Below, piece after piece: positions 18,604 through 29,880 of a stretch of 64,000 nt of DNA. Numbering within the stretch: position 1 is the stretch's first letter; each line of letters opens with the position of its first letter. The notes beneath the pieces are model-generated. The model did not search any database. It saw only the letters and a program-made list of their open reading frames with translations, and had not been told where the DNA came from. The DNA comes from an uncultured Veillonellaceae bacterium (lineage in GTDB: Bacteria; Bacillota; Negativicutes; Selenomonadales; Selenomonadaceae), in contig CAMFES010000002.1 of the NCBI GenBank assembly GCA_945949525.1, positions 12,988-76,987 of the forward strand, in the 5' to 3' direction. The translations under genes were made by a program, and so were the position numbers.

Positions 18604-20417
18604 CTATAAATGCACAGAAAACCTGCGCATCCAATTACAAAAACTAATCATTTTCCAAATTCTAAAATCAAATGACGTATTGCCATGTATAATATCACGC
18701 CACAAACTAAGACAATTATTAGTTAATAAACCGCTTGAACACTCAATAGCCTCTTGTATTTTTGTAGTAAAAAACTCACTTTTTTCCCGCATCCAAACTT
18801 CTTCCGGAGTAACAAATCCCAGCTTAGTCATTCGCAACCTAATGCTTTCAGGCAGTATTCCCTTCATCCCTTCCCGCAAAACTCTTTTTGTAACGCCTTG
18901 GGATAACTCATATTCATCAGGCAACCCTAGGATAAACTCTACTAATCTGTAATCCAAGAAAGGCAGACGAGTTTCAACCGAATGTGCCATTGAATCTCTA
19001 TCCGCATAATGCAATAATGGCTGAAGATTACTTTCCATTAATTCTGAATATGATAATTCTCGAAGTGATGATGTTTTCTGGCCAGTATAGATACTAGGAC
19101 TAACCTCATTCACTAATAATCCATCAAAATTAATCCAATCAGGCTTATTTCCACCGCCATTACGAATATAACGCAATTTATTAAGACCTGCTTCTGGCAA
19201 CAAATTAGATAACATACCACGCAAAATAAAGCTGGCATCATGTCCGTGAACTTTATTACATGCATTAATTTCTGTTAACAACTTTACCCAATGCAAACTT
19301 TTAAATAAACCAGCAAATTGAACCCCAAAAGAGTTATGATAACCAAGCAAGGATTCATCTGCGCCTTGACCATCCAACATAACGGTCACCCCCCGTTCAG
19401 AGGCCTTTTTATAAACCTGCCATTGTGCGTATATGCTAGTTGAGCCAAAAGGCTCTTCCTGATGCCATGTAATATCATCTAAAACTTGAAAAAGCGCGTC
19501 AAATTCAGGATATACATAATAGCCTTTTATATCACGTTCAGATAAAACAGCATCAATATACTCACTTTCATCATATTTTTTTACTTTAGCTCCAGCTGAT
19601 ACCGTATACTGGATATTGCTTTTACCCGACTGGCATAACAAATCATTAATGACACAAACAATACTTGAAGAATCCAAACCACCAGATAAACATGAACCAA
19701 CCTGTACATCTGAACGCAATCTTAAAGACACTGCATCAATAAATAGTTTTTTAAATTCATTCGCCGCCTCATCAAAACTTCCTGCAAATTCTCTATATTG
19801 CAAATTATACCAAGTATAAACTGGCAATTTTGCCCCTAGATTATTTAACTTTCCTAAATCCAATTCTACAGCTTCTCCGCGCCTAACCTGATACACACCA
19901 GCAAACATGGTTTCATCCGTATGATCAAACTGACCCCACACCAAAAAATCATACGCCCTCTGGCAATTTAACTTCGCCTGCCATCCATCTAAAACCATAA
20001 ATTGCTTAATTTCAGAAGCAAATGCTAATATTCCATCTGGTGAATTGCCCACATGCCATTGAAGTGACTAAGACAATCTTTTCCCCAATAATCATAAGCA
20101 GCCATTATAACTTCCGTATCAGTATTAGTTCGAAAGACATAGCTGACACCTTCCAATTCTTTCCGCAATTCTATATAATTGTAAATTTCCCCGTTATATG
20201 TAATCCAATATCTACCATTAAGATATGACATAGGTTGCTTTCCAGCCTGTGACACATCCAAAATAGACAATCTCCTGTGGCCTAGCTGCCATTTGTCATT
20301 TGCAAAATATTCATGCCCAGATGCATCTGGCCCCCGATGTACGATTACATCTGTCATTTTATTTATGTTACATCTTTCAATGTCCTGCATTGAAAACAGT
20401 GCCGCTATTCCACACAT
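18604..20417 (-). pseudogene. asnB: AsnB-like amidotransferase disrupted by an out-of-frame internal deletion near 20045
   Basis: N-part 20025-20417 (MCGIAA...NGMWA) and C-part 18604-20052 (SPDGILAFASE...) are in different frames; the RDRFGxKPLYY segment present in both paralogues is missing. Confidence 0.88.
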
Positions 20418-20447
20418 ATAGTTCCTCCATATATTTACCTATCGCAG

Positions 20448-21836
20448 CTATTTGCATACAGCTATATTGATTTTAACTAATCCTAATAATCCTAATACTA
20501 CAATTGATAATCGTAACAAAATATGCATATCACAAACTACTGTAACATTAAAAATAGCTATACATAATAACAAAATTAAACTTAAAATAAAATTACCCAC
20601 TGAAAATGACACTTTATAAAATTTTTGACCAAAATAGTAATACAGAAATAAACACATACCGCTACTTATTAAAGTGGCAACCGCAGCCCCATTAATCCCC
20701 AATATAGGAATTAGAACTACATTACAACAAAGATTTATAAAAAAAACTACTATCGATATAAAAAAGACAAAACGTGTTTCATTTTTTATAAAAATTCCTG
20801 GAAAAAACATATATGAACTATTAAAAACAACAGATAAAAACAAGATCTGCCCTGGTATTGCAGCTTTACTGTATTCACTCGGAGCTATAAATGCTAATAA
20901 TTCTTTCATCATGCCAGACAATATAATGCACACTGAAAAGCATGTTATAATGAAATATGAAAAAATCCTAGACAATTCATTTGGTACATTTGATGATGTA
21001 TGATGTGAATACACTAACGGCATAATAGCTTTATTAAACCCTCCAGTTAATAAACTTGCAATAGACGCAATCTTAAATGCCACACCATATATCCCAACCT
21101 CAGATAATGATAAAAAAGACTTAATCATCCATCTATCTACATAATTAGACAAGACTATAATTATACTAGAAAATACTAATGGCAAAGAAAACTTTAACAT
21201 TCTAACTAATACATAAAACGATGGTTTGTGAAAACAATATCTACCAACATATTTAATTCCAATACATATACTAACTATTCCTCCACTAATCATGCCATAT
21301 AAAACCCCCAACAACCCCAATTTTAGAGAATAAATACAAAAAAAGGTTACAAGGATTGTAACTAATCCTGCTGTAATATTACAAACAACTCCTTCCGTTA
21401 CCAACATACACCAGCGCATTTGATTTGTGAAAAAATATTGTATCCCTGTTACTACAACAAATATCATAGCTATGATAAACAAAAAATCATTTACAGTAGT
21501 ACTCCAAATAATATTTTCAAAATAAGATTGGAATAACAACGTACTAAATAAAAAAATTAAATTATTTATTACCGTAAGTGACAATGCCGTAGAGGCACAT
21601 TTATTTTGGTCTTCAATTTTTTTACTCTCCGAAAAAAATCGTGCTACAGCTTGTGTAATCTCTAAAGATATAACCACGTTAATCAGTGCTGAAAAACTGA
21701 TTAACATATCAAGCATACCATAATCAACGGTAGTAAGAACCCTGGTATAAAAAGGAAGCAGAAAAAAGGAAATTCCCCTTACCAATATATCTCCTAGCAT
21801 ATATATGCTTCCATTTCTGAGAAACTCCCGTATCAT
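20448..21836 (-). CDS. wzx: Wzx-type oligosaccharide flippase (MOP family)
   Basis: Many TM segments; LLPFYTRVL..DYG, YVDRWMI..LSEVGIY, LIPILGINGAAVAT. Confidence 0.9.
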   Translation of the reverse strand: MIREFLRNGSIYMLGDILVRGISFFLLPFYTRVLTTVDYGMLDMLISFSALINVVISLEITQAVARFFSESKKIEDQNKCASTALSLTVINNLIFLFSTLLFQSYFENIIWSTTVNDFLFIIAMIFVVVTGIQYFFTNQMRWCMLVTEGVVCNITAGLVTILVTFFCIYSLKLGLLGVLYGMISGGIVSICIGIKYVGRYCFHKPSFYVLVRMLKFSLPLVFSSIIIVLSNYVDRWMIKSFLSLSEVGIYGVAFKIASIASLLTGGFNKAIMPLVYSHHTSSNVPNELSRIFSYFIITCFSVCIILSGMMKELLAFIAPSEYSKAAIPGQILFLSVVFNSSYMFFPGIFIKNETRFVFFISIVVFFINLCCNVVLIPILGINGAAVATLISSGMCLFLYYYFGQKFYKVSFSVGNFILSLILLLCIAIFNVTVVCDMHILLRLSIVVLGLLGLVKINIAVCK

Positions 21837-21837
21837 T

Positions 21838-23112
21838 TTACTCTCCCAAGCCTTTAACTAATTTCATGTACTCCGAAACAATATCAGGTTTATCATTTAC
21901 ACATAATTTTTCTACACCATATTCTTTTATTATTGTTCTGATCACCGATTTAATTTTCTCATCTTCCATAAAACCACCAAACACAAACCTAGTATCCCCA
22001 GGATAAAACCACCATTTATCTGGCACATCTCCATCAGCTAACTTCAAAAAATTTTTACTTGAATGTTCCAATCCCCATTTTGTATGTGCATAATTATATG
22101 CCCGCTTCCCCAATTCAAGTCTATATTCTTTATCGCAAATTAGTTTTCGTATTGCCATTTTAACTTGACCAGGTACTACAAATTCAGATGGTGGCAAAAT
22201 ATCTTCTGGCACATCATAATTCACATAACATGCATATTCACCACCTACTACTGCTGGTTTGCCATAATAAGCTGCTTCAAAAGCAAAACCAGCCATCGGC
22301 GTATCACTATACATCTGATCCACAATAAAATCACATTTATGTATCATATCTATTACATCAGAGTGTGGACACCCTTGCACCTCAATATATTCTATGTCAA
22401 ATCCTTCTTGTTTCAGTTCTTTTATTAATTGTCTAATGCAACTTGTCCCTTTTATACTACTATTTGAAGGCGCATGCAATATAGTTACGCTATTCTTTTT
22501 CTCCATAACATTCTTTGATGCATAATCCTCAAAATAGTGCGTCATTCCCAAATAATATAACAACAAACACTTTTTTTGATGGAATAGTGCCATTGAAGGA
22601 ATAGAAACTATATAATCAACATACTTTTCTATAAATACTGCCTTTTTTTTCTGCTTATTCGTGTACTTTACTAAGTCATCTAAGGAATGTTGCATTATTA
22701 GGTTACCAGAAATATATGGTGGTCTTATCTCACTACCGCATTCCAAAATGATTATTGTCTTATTAAAAAACTTCAATACAGGCAAATCCAACATTTTGTA
22801 TAATATAGTTCTGTGGCTTATAAAATAAAATGTTTCATATTTAAACAAACAGTATATAAGAAAAGGAATTTTCACTAACTCTAATATTAATTGAAATAGT
22901 CTCCGAAGAAAATTATTATTCAATCTCAATACAATAACATCATAATACCACTGTAAGAATCTGCTGATAAAATTAATATTTTTATCATACGCAAACGGAT
23001 GCTTAATAGAACAATAAAAATCTGCCGACCTACCACAACGCCTAAAGCCTTCACGCATTCCTACTCCCCAACCAGCTATTTCTGTAAATCCTATAAATAT
23101 GTTTTTCTTCAT
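21838..23112 (-). CDS. GT-B fold glycosyltransferase-like protein
   Basis: ILHAPSNSSIKGT, CDFIVDQMYSD...EAAYYGKPAV; similar to the 17443 gene. Confidence 0.75.
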   Translation of the reverse strand: MKKNIFIGFTEIAGWGVGMREGFRRCGRSADFYCSIKHPFAYDKNINFISRFLQWYYDVIVLRLNNNFLRRLFQLILELVKIPFLIYCLFKYETFYFISHRTILYKMLDLPVLKFFNKTIIILECGSEIRPPYISGNLIMQHSLDDLVKYTNKQKKKAVFIEKYVDYIVSIPSMALFHQKKCLLLYYLGMTHYFEDYASKNVMEKKNSVTILHAPSNSSIKGTSCIRQLIKELKQEGFDIEYIEVQGCPHSDVIDMIHKCDFIVDQMYSDTPMAGFAFEAAYYGKPAVVGGEYACYVNYDVPEDILPPSEFVVPGQVKMAIRKLICDKEYRLELGKRAYNYAHTKWGLEHSSKNFLKLADGDVPDKWWFYPGDTRFVFGGFMEDEKIKSVIRTIIKEYGVEKLCVNDKPDIVSEYMKLVKGLGE

Positions 23113-23119
23113 AATTCTC

Positions 23120-24103
23120 TCAACTCATCATTTTCCTATATAACCGATATATTTCATCTTCAACATTCATCCCAACACGATCCCGCATTGATGTAATAAC
23201 TTCAGCAGGTGATTTTTTTCCTTCAAATCCTTCCAAAGAAATTTCAACCAAACATAAAACACCTTCGCCACAAGCAATATCAACTTGACCAGTAACACGA
23301 TCCTTCCTCAGCACCTGCCCTGGAACAGCAACGCTTGGACAATCCCATGTTTTGGAAAACGCCCTCCATATAATCAGTTTATTCATCTTGTACCACGTAT
23401 ATGCCCCAGCAAAAGGTTCAGAAGATGCATTTACCAGCCTCTCTATTTCCAGTGCAGATTTATTCCAATCAATTAAACCATCACTAGGCTTTCTTGAATA
23501 TACCCTCAGCCAAGCATTTTTATTCTTCGATTGCACACGAGAAACTATCGTACCATTCTCTAAACCTGAAACTGCCTCCAAAAACATCCCAGGAATTACC
23601 GTATTCAGCCACTGATATATTTCACCAATCCGCGTTTGCCCATTTACATCATAATATTTTTTTAACAATACATCTCCAGAATCTAACTCTCCAGGTGCCA
23701 TAAAATGTACGCTTACTCCAATAGATTTTTCCCCCAGCAAAATAGCCCAATTAGGGCATGCATTACCTCTATAACGAGGCAAGTCACCAGCATGCGCATT
23801 TAAAATACCATATTTGAACTTTCCAATAACTTTCTCACTTATAATATTTACCCAATTAACGCTAACTGCTATATCAGCTCCAACTTCTTCCAATAAACCT
23901 AAAACATCTGCGTTCTCTAAATTTGCATTACAAAAAAATTTTATACTATGTTCATCTGCATATTGCTCAAAATCTTTTTCCGTAACATCATATTCAGGAG
24001 CAGCTTTGCATACCCCTATGACAACAATCTCATGCCCGCAACTGGCCAGCAATTTCATTGAATTAAAGAGCAAAGATGTACGACCTAAAATAGCAATTCT
24101 CAA
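23120..24103 (-). CDS. sugar N-formyltransferase (Fmt-like)
   Basis: LNAHAGDLPRYRG..NWAI, ELDSGD, PFAGAYT; TTG start. Confidence 0.9.
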   Translation of the reverse strand: MRIAILGRTSLLFNSMKLLASCGHEIVVIGVCKAAPEYDVTEKDFEQYADEHSIKFFCNANLENADVLGLLEEVGADIAVSVNWVNIISEKVIGKFKYGILNAHAGDLPRYRGNACPNWAILLGEKSIGVSVHFMAPGELDSGDVLLKKYYDVNGQTRIGEIYQWLNTVIPGMFLEAVSGLENGTIVSRVQSKNKNAWLRVYSRKPSDGLIDWNKSALEIERLVNASSEPFAGAYTWYKMNKLIIWRAFSKTWDCPSVAVPGQVLRKDRVTGQVDIACGEGVLCLVEISLEGFEGKKSPAEVITSMRDRVGMNVEDEIYRLYRKMMS

Positions 24104-24839
24104 AAAAGTTCACCTGCAATTTCCGATATTTTTCTAGGTACATATGTACCCCCCGAATTTTATTTACAAGCTTAGACAATACAGAAAATGCACCTATTTC
24201 TGTATTACAGTATCTATGCTGTTCTAATATCTTAATATTTCTTTGATATTCTTTTGTTTTTTCATATCTGCTCATTTCTTCTGTATTTAAGTACAAATGA
24301 ATAGGATGGAAATTAAATATTTTCAGTCCTTTATTATTCAATAATTCATCTACATCCCATCCGCGACTATTTCCATTTGAATATGCAATACATTGCACAT
24401 CATCTTCCCAAAAATAAGGCACACGACATACGCCATTCCAATGCTTTATAGGCTTTAATGTCATACTGCTATACCAAGGGATAAAAAGATTTACATCATA
24501 CTGTAACCCTTTATTTTTGAATAATTCTAATATTGGCGAACTTTGTACTAATAAATGAGAGCGTACACTTTTAGCCTCCGGGACTATCGAAAGAATATTT
24601 TCCAAAACTTCACTCATATCCCTATACTGACTTGTTCCATTTAAAAGGTATTGAAAATTGGGATGTATCCCCAACTCAAACAAATCAGAATTTCGCAATC
24701 GTTCTAACAATGGAGTATCATGCGTTATAAAAAAGGTAGCTTTTATAGCATTTCTCTCAAAAAACTCAATTGTGTATTCAAGAACTTCATCACAAGCCCA
24801 ATCTACATCTATGGTAATAAAAATCGAATCCTGTTGCAT
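24063..24839 (-). CDS. polysaccharide deacetylase-like protein (WbmS type)
   Basis: ITIDVDWA, KATFFITH, ELGIHPNF, RSH, PYFWEDD, FNFHPIH. Confidence 0.82.
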   Translation of the reverse strand: MQQDSIFITIDVDWACDEVLEYTIEFFERNAIKATFFITHDTPLLERLRNSDLFELGIHPNFQYLLNGTSQYRDMSEVLENILSIVPEAKSVRSHLLVQSSPILELFKNKGLQYDVNLFIPWYSSMTLKPIKHWNGVCRVPYFWEDDVQCIAYSNGNSRGWDVDELLNNKGLKIFNFHPIHLYLNTEEMSRYEKTKEYQRNIKILEQHRYCNTEIGAFSVLSKLVNKIRGVHMYLEKYRKLQVNFFENCYFRSYIFAL

Positions 24840-24852
24840 TATGATAATTACC

Positions 24853-25860
24853 TTAAAAAATTCCTTTTCCTAAAACAATATTATTATTAGAATTTATATA
24901 GTTTTTAAAAAAGTCTATCAAGTCTTTCCCTTCATAAATGACATCTTCAACTTGTACTTTAGTTATTAATAACGGTACATCTTCATTTACAGTAGCAATT
25001 AAAACACCTTCTAAGTTAGCATTTTCTATAAAATCAATAACTTCTCCAGCGGATTTTTCGCTATAAAGATAAGGATATAGCCATGCAGTTAAAATAACTA
25101 TTTTCTTCTTACCAATATATGAAAACGCCCCTGGATAAGGAAAAGTTTGAGCTCTTATGAAATTATATAATGCAATGGGCGTCATATTTTCCCAAAAAAT
25201 TTCACCATCTTTGGGACATCGTTGAGGCCATTGGTTAATATATTCATTGCACATTTCCTGCTTATATGGAATTATTTGTCCTTTCAAATACCCCAATATA
25301 CTACTTTTTATAATTTTTATTCCCTTCGATTGTATTTTTGCATATACATCACTGATATTGTCTCTAAAAAAAACCGGTATTTTTCTTTGCACGATAATAT
25401 TCCCTGTATCAACACCATCATCAAAACGAAACAAACTTATACCAACATGAGTTTCTCCATTTATAATAGCCCATACAACCGGTGCTCCACCTCTATATTT
25501 AGGCAACAAAGAGGCATGGAATCCGACCACCCCATAGTGAGGAATTTTTCTAATGTTTTTGGGTATAATATGATACCAACCAGCTACAAAAATCATATCT
25601 GGTTCCCATTCCTGTATCTTTTTTTCTAAATCATATTCCTTCATGTTAGTCTGCATAACATAACAATCTATACTGTTATGTTCACAAAAAGTTCTAACAT
25701 TCGCATATAACACATTTTTTACAGGCTCTTTACTATACGAAATTTCAAATTCTTTACAATTGGTAACAACACCAGTTACTTGTACTTCGTCTAGAGACAT
25801 AAGCGCCTTCAAACACTCCAAACCAAACATTGAAGACCCTATATAAACTATATTCCACAT
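24853..25860 (-). CDS. sugar N-formyltransferase (Fmt-like), second
   Basis: GFHASLLPKYRGGAPVVWAIING, GVDTG, RAQTFPYPGAF. Confidence 0.9.
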   Translation of the reverse strand: MWNIVYIGSSMFGLECLKALMSLDEVQVTGVVTNCKEFEISYSKEPVKNVLYANVRTFCEHNSIDCYVMQTNMKEYDLEKKIQEWEPDMIFVAGWYHIIPKNIRKIPHYGVVGFHASLLPKYRGGAPVVWAIINGETHVGISLFRFDDGVDTGNIIVQRKIPVFFRDNISDVYAKIQSKGIKIIKSSILGYLKGQIIPYKQEMCNEYINQWPQRCPKDGEIFWENMTPIALYNFIRAQTFPYPGAFSYIGKKKIVILTAWLYPYLYSEKSAGEVIDFIENANLEGVLIATVNEDVPLLITKVQVEDVIYEGKDLIDFFKNYINSNNNIVLGKGIF

Positions 25861-25876
25861 CAAAATCCACCACCCG

Positions 25877-27751
25877 TCATACACAATCTTGCAATATCAT
25901 CTCAAAATTAAGCAACGACCACACTAAAAGCCTTCTATTCTGCTTTCCTTCAAAATGCTCACTTAATAACGCATTCACTGCACCATAATCCAAATAGTCA
26001 TATATTCTGGCCTTTTTCCCCAGTATGCGTTTAACAAAGTCTATACTATCACCTTTAAACCAGGAACTATCCGGCGCAGAAAAACCTTGCTTCACAGCAC
26101 CAGTAATTTCCTGCGGCATATAACGCTTCATTACATTGCGTAAAAGTAACTTTCCGTCTTTTGTTTTAGTGTAATAAACATTTCTTTTTAACCCCGGCTC
26201 ATTCTCATTCATTCTGACAACTTCTTTCAGGTTGCGCAGCTTATATTTAACCGGCAACTTCATGGCAAAATCTACCAAATCATTATCTAGGAAAGGTACT
26301 CTCGTCTCCATGCTGTTTGCCATACTGAGTTTATCTTCAACAACTAGCAAGCCGTGCAAAAATGTCTTTGCTTCAAAATATAATGAGTTATTGATATAAT
26401 CTTCCGGGCTAAGATTCTTCAATCCTTGCTTTGCAGAAAATACATCTCTAAAAATATCTCTTGTCCAGACATGCTTCACATCAGACCATATAGGTGCAAA
26501 GACTTTTTTTACTTCTTTATTTGGAATCAGGCGTTGCCAAAAAGAATAATACTTATCAATATACTCCTCAAAATTATCATTGACTACAGCCCTATAATAT
26601 CTCCATGGATACCCTCCAAATAACTCATCACTTCCAGCACCAGACAAAACAACTTTGACAAATTTTGATGCCAGTTTAGCTGCATAATAATTGGGATAAC
26701 TCTGTCCCACGCGAGGTTCCTCTATGTGATTGACAACAGTTGGCAATACACGCTCCATATCGCCAGCCTTCAAAACCATTTCATAATGCTCGGTTTTAAA
26801 TAAATATGACATATATTCAGCTTTCTCTCGTTCATCAAAAGCCAATTCCATTCCAGAAGCTGAATGTAAATCAAAGCCACATGTAAAAGTCTTGAGATAT
26901 GGCAATTCTTGTGCCGCAATAGCCGTTATTGAGCCGGAGTCCATGCCTCCGCTTAAATAACTGCCCACATCCACATCACTAACCAATTGCCTTTTAACTG
27001 CTTGTCGAAACAGTCTATCCAACTCTTCCTCGTATTCACCAGCACTTGAGATATTGTCCGGCTCGTGAAAATCATAATCCCAGTAACGTTTTAGCTGTAT
27101 ATTCCCTGACGCGTCAGCAAAAATATATGCAAAACACCCCGCTGGAAACATCTTGATATTTTTATTAAATGTTTTATCAGTAAAGATATTTTGAAATGTA
27201 AAATATTCTAATACTGCCTCTAAATCCAAATCTGATGATACATCACCATTGGCTACTATTGCTCTCTGCTCTGAAGCAAAAATAAATCGATTAGCATCTG
27301 AATAGTAATATAATGGCTTTATGCCATATCTATCCCGTGCAATGAACAGCTTTTTATTTCTTCTGTCCCATATCGAGAACGCAAACATACCATTAAATAT
27401 TTTTACGCACTTTTCTCCCCATTCTGCGTATGAGTACAAAACAACCTCGGTATCGCTATTAGAATAGAAATTATATCCTCGTTTCTCTAATAATACTTTT
27501 ATTTCTCTATAATTATAAATTTCGCCATTATAGGAAATAACCAGATCATTTTTTTCACTTGCCATTGGCTGGCTTGCGTTTAATGACAAATCTATGATTG
27601 ATAGCCTTCTATGAGCCAAACCCATATTACCATCAATATACTGTCCCTCACCATCAGGTCCTCGATGCGCAATTGCATCCGTCATTTTTTTTAAATATGT
27701 CCTAGTTACTTTTTCGCCAGAAAAATTCACTCTGCCTGCAATTCCGCACAT
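25877..27751 (-). CDS. asnB: asparagine synthetase B-like glutamine amidotransferase
   Basis: MCGIAG, HRGPDG, RDRYGIKP, YLSGGMDS, LSGAGSDELFGGY, ETRVPFLD. Confidence 0.93.
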   Translation of the reverse strand: MCGIAGRVNFSGEKVTRTYLKKMTDAIAHRGPDGEGQYIDGNMGLAHRRLSIIDLSLNASQPMASEKNDLVISYNGEIYNYREIKVLLEKRGYNFYSNSDTEVVLYSYAEWGEKCVKIFNGMFAFSIWDRRNKKLFIARDRYGIKPLYYYSDANRFIFASEQRAIVANGDVSSDLDLEAVLEYFTFQNIFTDKTFNKNIKMFPAGCFAYIFADASGNIQLKRYWDYDFHEPDNISSAGEYEEELDRLFRQAVKRQLVSDVDVGSYLSGGMDSGSITAIAAQELPYLKTFTCGFDLHSASGMELAFDEREKAEYMSYLFKTEHYEMVLKAGDMERVLPTVVNHIEEPRVGQSYPNYYAAKLASKFVKVVLSGAGSDELFGGYPWRYYRAVVNDNFEEYIDKYYSFWQRLIPNKEVKKVFAPIWSDVKHVWTRDIFRDVFSAKQGLKNLSPEDYINNSLYFEAKTFLHGLLVVEDKLSMANSMETRVPFLDNDLVDFAMKLPVKYKLRNLKEVVRMNENEPGLKRNVYYTKTKDGKLLLRNVMKRYMPQEITGAVKQGFSAPDSSWFKGDSIDFVKRILGKKARIYDYLDYGAVNALLSEHFEGKQNRRLLVWSLLNFEMILQDCV

Positions 27752-27762
27752 AAACTAACTCC

Positions 27763-28923
27763 TCAATTTATCCCAGACAAAATCTCAATGACATAATCAT
27801 AATCAGCTTGTGACATGTTATTGTGCAAAGGCAACGAGATTGTATTTGCATATAACTCAGCAGCTACTGGATAATCATGCTTTGAAATATTATATTTCTT
27901 TTTATAATAGCCAAGTTCATGAACAGCATGTGTGCCAGCCCTTGTTCCTATACCAGCTTCCTGCATTTTCTGCATAATATCATCGCGTCTCATATCTACC
28001 TTTGTAGTATCTATACGACATACATACGCCTGATATGAATGACGGCACGGTATAGGCTCTAGTGGCGTAATGAGCCAGTCCAATCCAGATAATCTATGAT
28101 TGTAATACTCTGCCCACTTTCTTCTTTCATTGATAAATCTACCCAGCTTATCAATCTGTACACTCCCTACTGCACCTTGCAAATCACTCATCCGATAATT
28201 AAACCCAAGCACATTGAAATCAGGCATCAAATAAGGACTATTACTACGATGACGTTGCTCTTCAGAAACTGTTGCGCCATGACTTCTAAGGCACGCCAAC
28301 CGTTCTGCTAAAACATCATCATTAGTAGTACACATGCCACCTTCGCCAGTAGTAATCACCTTTCTAGGATGAAAAGAAAAACATCCTATATCACCAAAGC
28401 TTCCTGCATATTTCCCATCATACATTGCTCCTGCTGCACATGCAGCATCTTCAACCACGGCAAATCCATATTTTTTAGATAAACTTAGTATCCTATACAT
28501 GTCCGCCACCAAACCAAAAAGATGAACGGGAATTACAGCTTTTACTGTCTTTCCGTTCTTATAAAGTTCTTCTAAAATAAGTTCCAGCTTCTCAACATCG
28601 ATATTATATGTAGATATATCATTGTCACAAAATATAGGAGTAGCACCACAATACTCCACAACATTTACTGTAGCAATCCATGTAAATGAGGGAACTATAA
28701 CATAGTCCCCTTTTGTTACGCCTAGTGCCGTTAACGCCAAATGCAAAGCGGTAGTACATGAAGTTGTTGCATACGCATAATTAACGTTATGCATTGCGGC
28801 AAATTTATTTTCAAATTCTTTTACTTTCGGGCCCTGTGTCAGCCATCCTGTACTAATTGGTTCCTTAACGTAATTCCACTCTTCCTCACCCAAACAAGGC
28901 TCGGCAATATTGATATATGCCAT
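27763..28923 (-). CDS. DegT/DnrJ/EryC1/StrS sugar aminotransferase
   Basis: SCTTALHL, EDAACA, FSFHPRKVITTGEGG, GFNYRMSD. Confidence 0.93.
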   Translation of the reverse strand: MAYINIAEPCLGEEEWNYVKEPISTGWLTQGPKVKEFENKFAAMHNVNYAYATTSCTTALHLALTALGVTKGDYVIVPSFTWIATVNVVEYCGATPIFCDNDISTYNIDVEKLELILEELYKNGKTVKAVIPVHLFGLVADMYRILSLSKKYGFAVVEDAACAAGAMYDGKYAGSFGDIGCFSFHPRKVITTGEGGMCTTNDDVLAERLACLRSHGATVSEEQRHRSNSPYLMPDFNVLGFNYRMSDLQGAVGSVQIDKLGRFINERRKWAEYYNHRLSGLDWLITPLEPIPCRHSYQAYVCRIDTTKVDMRRDDIMQKMQEAGIGTRAGTHAVHELGYYKKKYNISKHDYPVAAELYANTISLPLHNNMSQADYDYVIEILSGIN

Positions 28924-28932
28924 AACTCCCGC

Positions 28933-29856
28933 TCATTCCTTTCTCGGAATTTTATCAAACGCTTTCCCCACAAATCCATCTGGAGAATAATACATTCTCC
29001 AATGATCGCAATTCTTGCAAACTATATCATCCACAAATTCTCCAGCCTCATGCATTTTTCTGATTTGCATGTATTTATCTGAAGACCATATTTCCTGAAT
29101 AGAATGTTCTTTAACATTGCCCAAAGACAGCCTGTTATCCCAGTCATGATTACATATACCTACTGTTCCATCCCAATAAATAATCATGTCGCTATACACT
29201 TTTCCGCAAGGCCTACGTTGTTCACTTTCATTATGCAATGTCTTTATGCTTCCTAAATGTCCATCAGAACTATGCTCAATATAAATACGAACTCTGTCCG
29301 CATATTGACGCCAGAAATCTATAAACCGTTGCTGACTTTCACGATATTCATCAACATCGACACTAGATACTTGAATTTCAGGCACTTGAACACCCTTTTC
29401 CTTTAATTGCTCACATTTTTTTACAAAAGCTACCACATTATTCATAGCAATATTCAAATCACTATGAATTCTCGTCTTTTTATAGACCTCTGCATCTATT
29501 GTGTCCAAACTAAAGGAAATAAAATCCACACCTGCTTCAATAAGCTTATCCCCAGCTTCTTCATTTAATAAGAATCCGTTTGAGGCTAACTGTATCGGAC
29601 CAATCCCCTTCCCCTTTGCATATTTAATCATCTTATAAATATCTGGATGAGTAAGGGACTCTCCACGAAAAAAGATTGGCATAATCATGGGCAAATGTTC
29701 AGCAGCTTCATCGACTATTTTCGCAAACAAGTCCCACTCCATATTACCCAATTTCATGCCTACTAAATGACGTGGGCAAAATGTACATTCTAAATTACAT
29801 CTATTAGTCAGCTCAACTGTAATTCTCTCTGGAAAGTCCTTTAAATCAAACATCAT
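28933..29856 (-). CDS. radical SAM protein with a SPASM/twitch C-terminal domain
   Basis: CNLECTFC (CxxxCxxC); C-terminal PC...I..DG.V..C..D...LGNV...SI.EIW...CKNC. Confidence 0.9.
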   Translation of the reverse strand: MMFDLKDFPERITVELTNRCNLECTFCPRHLVGMKLGNMEWDLFAKIVDEAAEHLPMIMPIFFRGESLTHPDIYKMIKYAKGKGIGPIQLASNGFLLNEEAGDKLIEAGVDFISFSLDTIDAEVYKKTRIHSDLNIAMNNVVAFVKKCEQLKEKGVQVPEIQVSSVDVDEYRESQQRFIDFWRQYADRVRIYIEHSSDGHLGSIKTLHNESEQRRPCGKVYSDMIIYWDGTVGICNHDWDNRLSLGNVKEHSIQEIWSSDKYMQIRKMHEAGEFVDDIVCKNCDHWRMYYSPDGFVGKAFDKIPRKE

Positions 29857-29880
29857 AGCACCTCATCAGTTACACACAAC

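Noticed and set aside
20025-20052. Programmed frameshift joining the two asnB halves
   Set aside because: A conserved ~26-residue segment is physically missing and no slippery sequence is present.
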